Assembly (NCBI GenBank): GCA_963844845.1
Contig: CAWJPW010000008.1
Span: 192,257-256,256, forward strand
Source: an uncultured Acidobacteriota bacterium
GTDB taxonomy: Bacteria; Acidobacteriota; Thermoanaerobaculia; Thermoanaerobaculales; Sulfomarinibacteraceae
Direction of reading: 5' to 3'
Length of the DNA stretch: 64,000 nucleotides
Part shown: piece by piece, positions 18,260-27,569 of the stretch
How positions within the stretch are numbered: the first letter of the stretch is position 1
Layout: every line of letters begins with the position of its first letter
Made by a program: the position numbers and the translations under genes
The notes under the pieces: model-generated
What the model saw: only the letters and a program-made list of their open reading frames with translations
Databases searched by the model: none
Told to the model about the DNA's origin: nothing

Positions 18260-19711
18260 TCAGCCCTCGGTGAGTGCCGTCTCCACAGCCGGCGTCGCCA
18301 ACGACAGACCCACGAAGGCGAGGATCGACACGGTAAGACCGAAGACGTTGCTGTCCAGCCCCAGTGGCAGAGGCAGACGGGAGATCTCCAGCCCCACGGT
18401 GGTGCCGCCGCCCAGGAGCATGGCCCACAGCGCCGCCCGCGAGGTGCCGCGGCTCCAGAACAGGGCCCCCACCAGCGGGACGAAGAGGCCCGAGACCATG
18501 AACGCGTACGAGTAGAGCATGAGGTTCAGGACATTCGTCATGAACGAGGCCAGCAGCAGCGCGGCGGCGCCCAGGAGGAGGGTCGCCACCTGGGAGAAGC
18601 GCAGGAAGCCCGTGCTCTCCGGGTCGAGCTCGCGGAAGTGGCCGATGATGTCGGATACCAGGTTGCCCGAGCAGGCCATCAGGCAGCTGTCGGCGGTGGA
18701 GAGGATGGCCGAGAAGTAGGCCGACATCATCACCCCCATCAGGCCCACCGGCAGCACCGTACGCAGCAGCATGGGCAGCCCGGTCTCGGGGTCGGTGGCG
18801 GAGATGTCGGCGGCGCCCAGGTAGTGGAACATTCCCTGGTCCGCGGCGACCCGGGCGAAGAGGCCGAGGGTGACGCCCATGAGCGCCATCACCGGCCACT
18901 CCAGGAGCCCGGCCACGTACCACGCCCGCTTGGCGGTGTGCTCGTCGGCGCATGCGTAGATCCGCTGGTAGAGGGTCATGCCCACGAACCAGATGGGGAT
19001 GATGGTCACCCCCCAGTTGACGATGTCCTGCCAGCTCAGGTTGGTGAAGGTGAGCATCTCGGGCCGCAGGGTAGTGACGATGGCCGACCACCCGCCGATG
19101 GCGCGGTACGACACCGGAAGGCCGACGAACACCAGCCCGCCGATGAGGACCATCCACTGCACGGTGTCGGTGTAGATCACCGCCTTCATGCCGCCGAGCA
19201 CCGTGTAGCCCACCACCACCGCGCCCATGATCAGGAGGGCGGTCTCCTGGTCGAGGTGGACGAAGGTCCCGGAGGCGAGCTTGGCGCCGGCGAGGATCTG
19301 CGAGCTGGTGAACCCGATGTAGCCGATGGCCGAGATCACGCCCGCCACCAGAGCCACCCGTCGGTCGTAGAAGTGGCTGAACACCTCGGGGAACGTGAAG
19401 GCGTTGTCGAACGCCCGGTTGCGCTTGACCTTGGGGATCAGGAGCACGGCGCTGAGCCACGCCCCCACCAGCCCGGTGAAGAGCATCCACGATCCCGACA
19501 GGCCCATGGTGAAGCCGAGTCCACCGAGACCGATGGAGAAGCCGCCGCCCACGTCGGTGGCCACCACCGACATGCCCACGTGCAGGCTGCCCATATTGCG
19601 GCCGCCCACGTAGTAGTCATCGGCGCCGGTGTTGCGCTTGAGGAAGTAGAAGCCGATGCCCAGCATGATGACCATGTAGGCACCGAAGACGATTAGGTCG
19701 ACGGGATGCAC
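18260..19711 (-). CDS. Sodium:solute symporter (SSF) family transporter
   Basis: 483 aa, about 13 TM. N-terminus FGAYMVIMLGIGFYFLKRNTGADDYYVGGRNMG is typical of SSF. Confidence 0.9.
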   Translation of the reverse strand: MHPVDLIVFGAYMVIMLGIGFYFLKRNTGADDYYVGGRNMGSLHVGMSVVATDVGGGFSIGLGGLGFTMGLSGSWMLFTGLVGAWLSAVLLIPKVKRNRAFDNAFTFPEVFSHFYDRRVALVAGVISAIGYIGFTSSQILAGAKLASGTFVHLDQETALLIMGAVVVGYTVLGGMKAVIYTDTVQWMVLIGGLVFVGLPVSYRAIGGWSAIVTTLRPEMLTFTNLSWQDIVNWGVTIIPIWFVGMTLYQRIYACADEHTAKRAWYVAGLLEWPVMALMGVTLGLFARVAADQGMFHYLGAADISATDPETGLPMLLRTVLPVGLMGVMMSAYFSAILSTADSCLMACSGNLVSDIIGHFRELDPESTGFLRFSQVATLLLGAAALLLASFMTNVLNLMLYSYAFMVSGLFVPLVGALFWSRGTSRAALWAMLLGGGTTVGLEISRLPLPLGLDSNVFGLTVSILAFVGLSLATPAVETALTEG

Positions 19712-19908
19712 CGCAATGCCCTCCCCTCCCGGGCGGCGAGCACAATCCGGCGCGCCCGAGGGACGGTGTGTATCAGGTCTCGACGAGGTTACGGCGGACG
19801 GCGCGGCGGCCGCGCCCCACGAGCTCGCGCCCGGAGCGGGTCTCAGCAGAGTTCAGGTCCGCGGTCATGGTTCCTAGGGTACACGGTCCGGCGCGGGGAG
19901 ACGGCAGC

Positions 19909-21423
19909 TCACGGCGCCACGGCGCTCCACCGCTCGGTGGTGCCGGTTTCGAAGCCGTCGAGGAAGAGCGGGCAGACCTCCGGCAGCACCGCGCGGATCC
20001 GACCGAACCCGTACGTGTTGTTGGGCACCGCACCGGGTGCGAGCCCGCCACAGGTCTCGCTGGTGGTGAGTGGCAGCGCCGCCGCCTCGATGTCGGCCTC
20101 GATGGCATCGACGTCGCCGCGCAGACCAGGGCACGCCGAGATGAGGAGCGCAGCGAGCCCGGCGACATGGGGACCAGCCATGCTTGTGCCGGAGTCGGTG
20201 GCGTAGCCCCCGCCGGGAAACGATGAGCGCACGTTCACTCCGGGAGCGACGACCTCCGGCTTGAGACGACCGCTTCCGTCCGCCGTCACCGGGCCGCGGC
20301 TCGAGAAGCTGGCAATCGTATCCGAGGAGTCCACCGCGCCGACGCTGAAGGAAGCATCGTAGATCGCCGGGGGGTCGACGACGCTGCTGCACGTCGGCCC
20401 AGAGTTGCCCGCCGACGCCACCACCACGATACCGGCGGCCCGGACGTTCTCTACCACCGTCCTGAGGATGTCGGGATCGGTGCAGCCCTCAGTGGGCGTG
20501 CAGACCCAGGAGTCGTTGATGACATCCGGGGCGAGGTCGGGACGCGGATTCTCGCCGGCGAGGTCGGTGGGCGCCAGGAAAAACTGAAAGCACTCGGCGT
20601 AGGTCGCCGGCGTGCCCGCCCCCTGGTCCATGTTGCGGCACCCGATCCAGCGCGCTCCCGGCGCCATGCCAATCTGGTTGCTGCCACCGTCGTCGCCCAC
20701 CATGGTGCCCATGGTGTGGGTGCCATGGCCATAGTCGTCGCACGGCACCGGTGAGTCGGCACCGCAGGAGCCGCCCCCGCTGTGGATCGCGTCGTGCCAG
20801 TTGTAGTCATGGCTGGCGGTGGCCCCGTTCCAGCCGCGGTAGGCGCTCTCGAGGGCAGGGTGCATCCAGTCGTAGCCGGTGTCCTGCCCGGCCAACACCA
20901 CCCCCTGCCCGGTGGGGCCCAGCGCCCACAGGTCCGGGGCGCCCACCATCGTGATATTCCACTCCACCGCCGTCGCCACCACTGGGGCGCGCTCAGCTAC
21001 CGGCTCCGCCAGGCGCACGCGCGGGTTCGCATCCAGTCGCGCGACGTCCGACCGGCGCGCCAGCGCCTCCACCAGCGCGCGGTCACCTCGCACCCACACC
21101 ATGTTCGCCACCCAGAACGCGCGGTGGGGGACGCCGCGCGCGGTGAGGAGGCGCAGCAGTGGCGTCTGGCTGCGGCCGGCCGCCGCGCGTAACCGCTCCA
21201 CCACGAGCCGGCCCCTGGCGACCTTGCCTTCGAGGCGGTCGGCAGCGCCGAGGGGGGCCTGCTCAGCGAGCACCACCAGCATCTCGGTCTGGCCGCCGCT
21301 CCCGGTGCCGTCGAGCACCGCGGGCGCCACCTTCGCGCGCCAGCCGGGCACCGCCGCCCCCGCAGTGGCGACGACAAGCGCGGCAAAAACGATGACGGTG
21401 AGGCGCAATCGCGACATCGCCAT
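19909..21423 (-). CDS. Secreted S8 (subtilisin-family) serine peptidase with propeptide
   Basis: ORF 19909..21918 trimmed to ATG 21423 (MAMSRLRLTVIVFAALVVATAGA signal peptide). Catalytic D (AGQDTGYD), H (HGTHTMGT), S (SGTSMAGPHVAG). Confidence 0.9.
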   Translation of the reverse strand: MAMSRLRLTVIVFAALVVATAGAAVPGWRAKVAPAVLDGTGSGGQTEMLVVLAEQAPLGAADRLEGKVARGRLVVERLRAAAGRSQTPLLRLLTARGVPHRAFWVANMVWVRGDRALVEALARRSDVARLDANPRVRLAEPVAERAPVVATAVEWNITMVGAPDLWALGPTGQGVVLAGQDTGYDWMHPALESAYRGWNGATASHDYNWHDAIHSGGGSCGADSPVPCDDYGHGTHTMGTMVGDDGGSNQIGMAPGARWIGCRNMDQGAGTPATYAECFQFFLAPTDLAGENPRPDLAPDVINDSWVCTPTEGCTDPDILRTVVENVRAAGIVVVASAGNSGPTCSSVVDPPAIYDASFSVGAVDSSDTIASFSSRGPVTADGSGRLKPEVVAPGVNVRSSFPGGGYATDSGTSMAGPHVAGLAALLISACPGLRGDVDAIEADIEAAALPLTTSETCGGLAPGAVPNNTYGFGRIRAVLPEVCPLFLDGFETGTTERWSAVAP

Positions 21424-21493
21424 ACGGTAGCACCTTTGCGACCCGGCGTCTCCCTCGAATCCGGTCCGAGGTCTTCGCCCTCGCGCTGCTAGA

Positions 21494-22489
21494 ATGCGCC
21501 GGATGAGCGCAGGCCGACCGACCGAGCTGGAGCGTCTGAGCGTTGTGATCGTCGTCGGCGACCGGCGCGACCGGCTCCGCGGGTGCCTCGAGGGCCTCCT
21601 GGAGCAGAGCGACGAAGCCGAGCTCGAGATTCTGGTGCAGGATCTCGGGAGCCCGTCCGCGCCGCCGGTGCCGTTCGCCGGCCACCCTGCGGTTCGCGTC
21701 ACCGAGCTGGGGTCTGCGACCTCCTTCGCCGCCGCCCGCACCGCCGGCATTCGTACGGCTCGAGGCGACGTCGTGGCCTTCGTCGAGGAGCACGTCCAGG
21801 TGTGCCCGGGCTGGGCCCGCGCGCTGCTCGAGGCGCACGGGCGCGGCTGGGACGGTGTCGGCCCGCGGGTGGAGAACGGCAACCCGGGGCTCGGCCGCGC
21901 CGATCTCACCGGGATCATGAGCTACGGCCGGTTCGCGCACCAGGTACGGGAAGAGGAGACCCAGCTCATCCCCGGCCAGAACTCCTCCTACCGCCGCGAG
22001 GTCCTGCTCGCTCTCGGTGACGACCTCGAGCGCCTGCTGGCCTCCGACAACGCCCTCATCCAGCGCCTCGTCGCCGACGGTCACCGCCTCGCCATCGTGC
22101 CCACTGCGCGCATCCGCCACCTCAACGAGGGCACCCTCGGCAGCGTCGTCCGCGGTTATTTCCTCTACCACCGCCTCTACGGCCACCTGCGCGCCGCCGA
22201 GCGCTCATGGCCGTGGTGGCGGCGGCTGGCGTACGTGGTGCTGACGCCGGTGATCCCTCTCTACTACCTCGCTCACACCCAGGCCTTCCTCGCCCGCCAC
22301 AACCCCCCGCTGCGGCGGACCCTGCTGCGCGGCGCCCACCTGGTGTACCTCGCCCAGCTCGCCGGTGCCACGGGCCAGGCGGTGGGGCTGCTCCTGGGCC
22401 CCGGCAACGCCGAGGCGGCATTCACCCGCTACGAGTGCACCGAGGAGAGACCCCTGCCGGCGGCGGAGAGCGCGGGCCATGCCGCCTGA
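21494..22489 (+). CDS. Glycosyltransferase family 2-like
   Basis: 331 aa. LSVVIVVGDRRDRLRGCLEGLLEQS..LEILVQD; C-terminal membrane-associated part. Overlaps the next GT2 by 11 nt. Confidence 0.7.
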   Translation: MRRMSAGRPTELERLSVVIVVGDRRDRLRGCLEGLLEQSDEAELEILVQDLGSPSAPPVPFAGHPAVRVTELGSATSFAAARTAGIRTARGDVVAFVEEHVQVCPGWARALLEAHGRGWDGVGPRVENGNPGLGRADLTGIMSYGRFAHQVREEETQLIPGQNSSYRREVLLALGDDLERLLASDNALIQRLVADGHRLAIVPTARIRHLNEGTLGSVVRGYFLYHRLYGHLRAAERSWPWWRRLAYVVLTPVIPLYYLAHTQAFLARHNPPLRRTLLRGAHLVYLAQLAGATGQAVGLLLGPGNAEAAFTRYECTEERPLPAAESAGHAA

Positions 22490-23402
22490 GCTCTCGGTGG
22501 TGATACCGGCCTATCGCTCGACCGCGACCCTGGGCGGCTGCCTGACGGCGTTGCGCGGCCAGGATCACCCCTCCTTCGAGGTGGTGGTGGTGGACTCGAG
22601 CCCCGACGACGCGAGCACCCGCATGGTCCAGGAGGGCTTTCCGGAGGTGCGCTTCGAGCACTCGACTCGGCGCCTCCTGCCGCACGAGGCCCGCAACCGC
22701 GCGGTGGACCTCGCCGGGGGACAGCTCCTCGTCTTCACCGATCCCGACATCTACCCGCATCCCGGCTGGCTCACGGCCCTCGTTACCGCCCATGCCCGCC
22801 ACGGAGGACTGGTCTCCGGCGCCTTGACCTGTCACGGAGGGCGCTGGTTGGACGTCGGCATCCACCTGTGCAAGTTCAGTAAGTGGTTGCCGGGCGGCAG
22901 CGTGAGGCCGGTCGACATGGGCCCCACCGCAGCCCTGCTCTGCCCGCGGAGGGTGTACGACGAGCTTGGCGGCTTCCGCGGCGACCACTTTCTCGGCGAT
23001 GCGTTGTTCAGCTGGGAGGCGCGGCGGCGCGGACACACGGTTTGGCTGGTGCCCGGTGCGGTGGCCGAGCACCACCACGTCGAGGGCTTCCTGGGCTTTC
23101 TTCGCGAGCGTCTGACCCGGGGTGTACTCTTCGGAAGCCTCCGGATGGAGTGGGAGCGGTTTGGGCGTGCCAGAGCCCTCGCTCTGATCCTCGGCTCGAT
23201 CCTGCCCCTGCGCCTGGCCAGCAATCTCGCCCACTGCGCCCGGCACAGCCTGCGGGGCCACCGCTTCGGCGACTTTCTCATCACACTGCCGGTGGTGACC
23301 GCCGGGTTTCAGGCGTCGCTCCTGGGCGAGGCCTGGGGCTGTGCCCGCAGCCTCGCGCGCCGCGCCCGCCGAGAGGTCACCGGCCCTCGTGAGGCCGGCT
23401 GA
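22479..23402 (+). CDS. Glycosyltransferase family 2
   Basis: Trimmed to ATG 22479. LSVVIPAYRSTATLGGCLTALRGQDHPSFEVVVVDSSPDD ... LLVFTDPD. Confidence 0.85.
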   Translation: MPPELSVVIPAYRSTATLGGCLTALRGQDHPSFEVVVVDSSPDDASTRMVQEGFPEVRFEHSTRRLLPHEARNRAVDLAGGQLLVFTDPDIYPHPGWLTALVTAHARHGGLVSGALTCHGGRWLDVGIHLCKFSKWLPGGSVRPVDMGPTAALLCPRRVYDELGGFRGDHFLGDALFSWEARRRGHTVWLVPGAVAEHHHVEGFLGFLRERLTRGVLFGSLRMEWERFGRARALALILGSILPLRLASNLAHCARHSLRGHRFGDFLITLPVVTAGFQASLLGEAWGCARSLARRARREVTGPREAG

Positions 23403-23404
23403 CG

Positions 23405-24619
23405 ATGACCGACCCGCTCCGCGTCCTGGTGGTCGCCACCAAGCCGCCCTGGCCGCCGGTGGGCGGCGGCAACGCCATTCTCCACAGCCTCCTCGAGGCC
23501 CTCGCCGCGCGCGGCGTCGCCCTCACCGTGCTGGCGCCTACCGGCTCCGTCCCCGTCAGCGGAGACGAACCCGGCTACCAGCTGCACACGGTCTCCGCGG
23601 CACCGGCGGGCTGGCTGAGGGCCGGGGCCGCCCTTCTCACCGGCGCCTCCGTGACCATGACGCGCTACCGTCTCGAGCCCCTGGCGGCGGCGGTGGAGAG
23701 GCTGGTGTCCGAGCTCGAGCCGGACGTCATCCACCTCGAGCAGGTGCAGCTGGCGTGGCTCATTCCCCTCTTCGCCGGGCGCACACCGGTCCTCCTGCGG
23801 CAGCAGAATGTGGAGTCCGACCTGACTCGGCGCTACGCGCGGATCTGCTCGCCGCTCACCTCCCTGCTTCTGGGCCTCGAGGCACGCCGCCTGGCCCGAG
23901 CTGAGGCGCACGCCTGCGCTGCTGCCGACCTGGTGGCGGCGATCTCGGAGCACGACGCCGCCGCCCTCGCGGCCATGGCCCCCGGCGCCCGGATTCGCGT
24001 CCTGCCGCCGGCCTGGGCTCCCACCGTCCCGCTGCAGCCACCGCCTCGCTTAGCGGGCGACCCTCCGATCGTCTGCCTGGGTTCCTTCGACTGGCGCCCC
24101 AACCGCGACGGCGCGCTGTGGTTCCTCCGCCGCGTCTGGCCGCGAGTGGCCGAGGCCCTCCCCGGCGCGGTGCTCCACCTCGCCGGACCCGGCTCGTCGA
24201 GCCTACGACCCGCCGGGACCCGCGTCACCCGTCACGGCCTCGTGGCCTCGCCCTCCGAGCTGGCCGACCCGCGGGCAGTGGTGGTCGCGCCGGTGCGCGT
24301 CGCTTCCGGCATCCGCGTCCGCCTCCTCGAGGCCTGGTCCTTCGGCGTACCCGCGGTCACCACCAGCCAGGGCGGCGCCGGTCTCGTGGAGGACGACGGC
24401 GACGGCGCGCTCCTGGCCGACGACCCCGCAGCCTTTGCCGCCGCCGTGGTCCGGCTTGGACGCGAGCCCGCCCTGCGCCGCGCCCTGGCGGAGCGAGGAC
24501 GTCAACGCCTGGCGGAGTTTGCCGCACCGGCGGTGGCCGAGCGCGCGCTCGAGCTCTATGCCGAGGCGGCCGGTCTCGTGGTGGGCGCCACTCAACCGCG
24601 GCGGGCCCGCAGCAGCTGA
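23405..24619 (+). CDS. Glycosyltransferase family 4 (GT-B fold)
   Basis: 404 aa. LRVLVVATKPPWPPVGGGN; C-terminal GIRVRLLEAWSFGVPAVTT (E-x7-E-like region). Confidence 0.85.
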   Translation: MTDPLRVLVVATKPPWPPVGGGNAILHSLLEALAARGVALTVLAPTGSVPVSGDEPGYQLHTVSAAPAGWLRAGAALLTGASVTMTRYRLEPLAAAVERLVSELEPDVIHLEQVQLAWLIPLFAGRTPVLLRQQNVESDLTRRYARICSPLTSLLLGLEARRLARAEAHACAAADLVAAISEHDAAALAAMAPGARIRVLPPAWAPTVPLQPPPRLAGDPPIVCLGSFDWRPNRDGALWFLRRVWPRVAEALPGAVLHLAGPGSSSLRPAGTRVTRHGLVASPSELADPRAVVVAPVRVASGIRVRLLEAWSFGVPAVTTSQGGAGLVEDDGDGALLADDPAAFAAAVVRLGREPALRRALAERGRQRLAEFAAPAVAERALELYAEAAGLVVGATQPRRARSS

Positions 24620-26079
24620 CCCAGCGAGCCGCCGGAGCGGTGCCACAACAGGGCGGCACCGAGCCCGCCCGCCGCCGCAGCGGCCACCGCCGACCAACTC
24701 CCCGGCAGCTCCCTGCCGGCGACGGCCGCCGCCCCGACCAGCACGAGCGCGGTCGCCACCACGCCCGGAGCCGAAGCGCCAAAACCTCCCAGCCGAACGC
24801 GCCGACGCAGCAGCAGAGCCAGAACCACCAGCCGCCCCACCACCGCCAGGGCGAGCCCGGCGGCGGTTCCCAGGGCCCCAAAGCAGACGGTGAGCAGCGC
24901 CATGGCCGCGCCTCCGGCGACCAGCACGCCGGTCCGCAGCAGGGCCACGGTACGAGCGTGGCCCGCCGCCACCAGGGTGAGGTCCTGGTAGCCGAGGAGA
25001 GACTCGGCAAGAAAGGAGAGCGCCAGCACGCGGAGGACCTCTCCGGCCGGCAGGTAGGGAACGCCTGCCAGGAGCACCACCAGCTGCTGCGGTACCGCCA
25101 GGCACATGCTCAACGGCAGCCACACCAGCGCCAGGGTGAGAAGGCGGGCGTGATGGTAGGCGCCGGCCAACGCACGCTCATCACCACGCCGATGCGCCGC
25201 CGAGGCCATGGGCAGGTAGCCGTGCGCGCCCGCCGCCCCGAGCATCCGCAGCGCCCGGAGCAGGCCCTTGGCGATACCGTAGAAACCGACCTGCGCCGGG
25301 CTCGCCAACAGCCCCACCACGCCCATGTCGAGCCACTGGTCGGTCTGGCCGAGGACCTCGAGGACCGCGAACGGGCGTAGCGAGCCCACCAGACCGCGGT
25401 CGCGCCGCCGCCGCCCGCGCCCGAACCAGCCCCGGCGAACCGCGTGGAGGGCGAAGAGGCCTTCGGCCGCCACGCTGCCGGCGGCGAAGGCCAGAGCGAA
25501 GACCAGCACTGAGCCGCCCGCCAGGGCGGCGAGCGCCACCGCGGCGGCACGCAGCAGCCCACCGCCGCCGTCACGCAGCAGAGCACGGCCGGCAACCTCG
25601 CCAAAACCGCGGCAGGCGCCCAGCACCGCGAGCCCCACCGGCAGAGCCAATGCCACCGGCCACACCCCGAGCAACCCCCATCCCAACAGGCCCCACGCCG
25701 GCGGCAGCAGCCCGGCCGCCTCGACCATGGCGAGCCCGGCCGCGGCCAGCGCCACCGCGGCGCCGCCACCCACTGCCGCGGCCACGAGCAGGGCGGTGCG
25801 GGCACTGGCCTGGGCCTCCTCCTCGGCTCCGGCGGCGCGCAAGGCTGCCACCCGGTGCGCGGTGGCGGGGTTCAGACCGAGGCTGGCGATACCGCCCAGC
25901 GCCGAGGCCAGCGCCACCGCCAGCAGCAGCATGCCGAGCTCGGCCGGCGCCAGTGCGCGGGCCATGATGACCCGGGCGAGGAGGGTCCCCACCAGGGCGG
26001 CAACGCTGCCGGCGACCACCGCCAGGGTGGAGCCGACGAGGTCCTGGCTTCCGCGGGCTCCGTCGCCGGTCTCAGGCAC
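24592..26079 (-). CDS. Polysaccharide flippase (MOP/Wzx-like) membrane protein
   Basis: ORF 24592..26163 trimmed to GTG 26079 (8-nt overlap with the czcD stop). About 12-14 TM, Ala/Leu/Gly-rich. The start is uncertain. Confidence 0.65.
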   Translation of the reverse strand: MPETGDGARGSQDLVGSTLAVVAGSVAALVGTLLARVIMARALAPAELGMLLLAVALASALGGIASLGLNPATAHRVAALRAAGAEEEAQASARTALLVAAAVGGGAAVALAAAGLAMVEAAGLLPPAWGLLGWGLLGVWPVALALPVGLAVLGACRGFGEVAGRALLRDGGGGLLRAAAVALAALAGGSVLVFALAFAAGSVAAEGLFALHAVRRGWFGRGRRRRDRGLVGSLRPFAVLEVLGQTDQWLDMGVVGLLASPAQVGFYGIAKGLLRALRMLGAAGAHGYLPMASAAHRRGDERALAGAYHHARLLTLALVWLPLSMCLAVPQQLVVLLAGVPYLPAGEVLRVLALSFLAESLLGYQDLTLVAAGHARTVALLRTGVLVAGGAAMALLTVCFGALGTAAGLALAVVGRLVVLALLLRRRVRLGGFGASAPGVVATALVLVGAAAVAGRELPGSWSAVAAAAAGGLGAALLWHRSGGSLGQLLRARRG

Positions 26080-26980
26080 GGGGCGCCGAGCCGCACTGGA
26101 TCTGGTGCAGGGCGGTGCGAGGTTCCACCTGGATGGTGGAGTGCCCGATGGCGAACTCCTCATCCAAGGTCGAGCGCAGACGGACGAGGAGGTCGGGGGG
26201 CGCCTCCGGACCGGCTACCACGTGGGCCGAGAGGGCCACGAACCCCGAGGTAATGGTCCACACGTGGAGGTCGTGGACGCCGTCCACCCCGCGCACCCGG
26301 GTGAGCGCTGCCGCCACCTCGTCGAGGTCGATGTGCGAGGGGGTCCCCTCCATGAGCACGTTGACCGCCTCTCTGAGCAAGCCCCACGACGAGAGCAGGA
26401 CCAGGGCCCCGATGAGCACCGAGGCCAGCGGGTCCGCCCACCCCCAGCCGAACGCCCAGATGAGCGCGCCGGCGGCCATCGCCTGCACGCTGCCCAGGGT
26501 GTCAGCGAGAACGTGGAGCCAGACCCCACGCACATTGAGGTTGTCCTCACGCCCGCCGTGCAGGATTGAGAGGCTCACGAGGTTGACCACGAGCCCGCCC
26601 GCGGCCACCGCCAGCATCGGTCCGCCCTGCACCGCGTGGGGGGTGTGGAAGCGCTGCCAGGCCTCCACGAAGATGAACACCGAGATCGCCACCAGGGTGC
26701 CGGCGTTGGCCAGAGCGGCGAGGATCTCGGCACGGTGGTAGCCGAAGGTGCGCCGCGCCGAGTGCGGCCGGCGGGCGAGGCGCACGGCGACCAGCGAGAG
26801 TGCGAGGGCGCCGGCATCCGAGAACATGTGCCCGGCGTCGGCGAGCAGCGCCAGGGAGCCGGTGAGCCAGCCGCCGACGATCTCCGCTGCCATGTAGGTG
26901 AGCGCGAGGGCCAGCGTCGCCCCCAGCCGGCGCGTGTTCCGGGCTCCAGCCTCCTCGTTGGCGTGGGCGTGGCTCGCCAC
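26072..26980 (-). CDS. czcD: Cation diffusion facilitator (Zn/Co/Cd efflux) transporter
   Basis: 302 aa, GTG start with GGAGGAG RBS. His-rich N-terminus MASHAHANEE. Motifs LLADAGHMFSD, FGYHRAEIL, HVLADTLGS. C-terminal cytoplasmic domain with HDLHVW. Confidence 0.9.
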   Translation of the reverse strand: MASHAHANEEAGARNTRRLGATLALALTYMAAEIVGGWLTGSLALLADAGHMFSDAGALALSLVAVRLARRPHSARRTFGYHRAEILAALANAGTLVAISVFIFVEAWQRFHTPHAVQGGPMLAVAAGGLVVNLVSLSILHGGREDNLNVRGVWLHVLADTLGSVQAMAAGALIWAFGWGWADPLASVLIGALVLLSSWGLLREAVNVLMEGTPSHIDLDEVAAALTRVRGVDGVHDLHVWTITSGFVALSAHVVAGPEAPPDLLVRLRSTLDEEFAIGHSTIQVEPRTALHQIQCGSAPRA

Positions 26981-26998
26981 CTCGCTCCTCCGGCCCCC

Positions 26999-27026
26999 AT
27001 TGTGCGCGAAACGTCCCGACGTTCAA
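26999..27026 (-). promoter_or_regulatory. Putative czcD promoter with palindromic operator in the spacer
   Basis: Minus strand reads TTGAAC-GTCGGGACGTTTCGCG-CACAAT. The spacer contains a perfect 6-2-6 inverted repeat, AACGTC GG GACGTT (27009-27022). Confidence 0.4.
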
Positions 27027-27049
27027 AGGACCGGAGGTCCCAAGGCGCC

Positions 27050-27432
27050 GAACCTCGGCCCCGGTCGCGGCGCCGGCCCCGGACACCGCGTCGGCTCCTG
27101 ATGCTCCCAACCCCGGCTCCCGGGCGGCGGCCTTGCCGCCGCCCGTCGGCGCGGCCCCGGGGGCGGCAACGGCACACGCAGGCAGACGGCAGCACGGCCG
27201 TCCCCGGGCCCTGCGCCGAGTCGCCTCCCTGGTCGCTCGGAGCAAGTACTCCGAACGCCAAGGGCCGTGGGAGCCCCCCATGACGTTTCCCGCGAACGCC
27301 CTCCCGGCGAGGAAGCGCTCCCGGGAAAGCGTCATGGACGGCACGCCCGCCGGAGGACACCTTCTCCGGAGGACACCTGCTCCGCGGCGGTATCGGACGC
27401 GGCCGCGGTCCCCGTCCCGGCCCCGGACGCTG
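27050..27432 (+). repeat. Repeat family 1, copy 1 (core about 27098-27390), structured non-coding element
   Basis: Block-wise identity with 33086-33357 (minus) and 63297-63570 (plus). Frame-breaking indels between copies; hairpins conserved with compensatory changes; flanked by GGNCCN-type hexamer runs. Confidence 0.8.
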
Positions 27433-27569
27433 TCAATGGCACCGGCGCGCGGACGTGCCGACCGGGGACCTCCTCCGACCTTGCCAGGAGGAGACCGGGC
27501 GTGCGAGACTACCCGCGCTCGACGATGGCGAGAAGCGACTGCCGCGCAGGCGCATGGGACACATACGGG

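Noticed and set aside
19712-19908. ykkC/guanidine-like strings (CCTAGGGTACACGGTCCGG...GGGGAGA) near the SSF/DDAH operon leader.
   Set aside because: The fragments are on the wrong strand relative to the transporter operon, are compressed into about 40 nt, and are in the wrong order for the guanidine-I fold. This is probably coincidence.
26981-27100. NiCo (czcD-motif) riboswitch upstream of czcD.
   Set aside because: The minus-strand leader is only about 20 nt long if the predicted promoter is right, and I see no resemblance to the czcD-motif conserved core.
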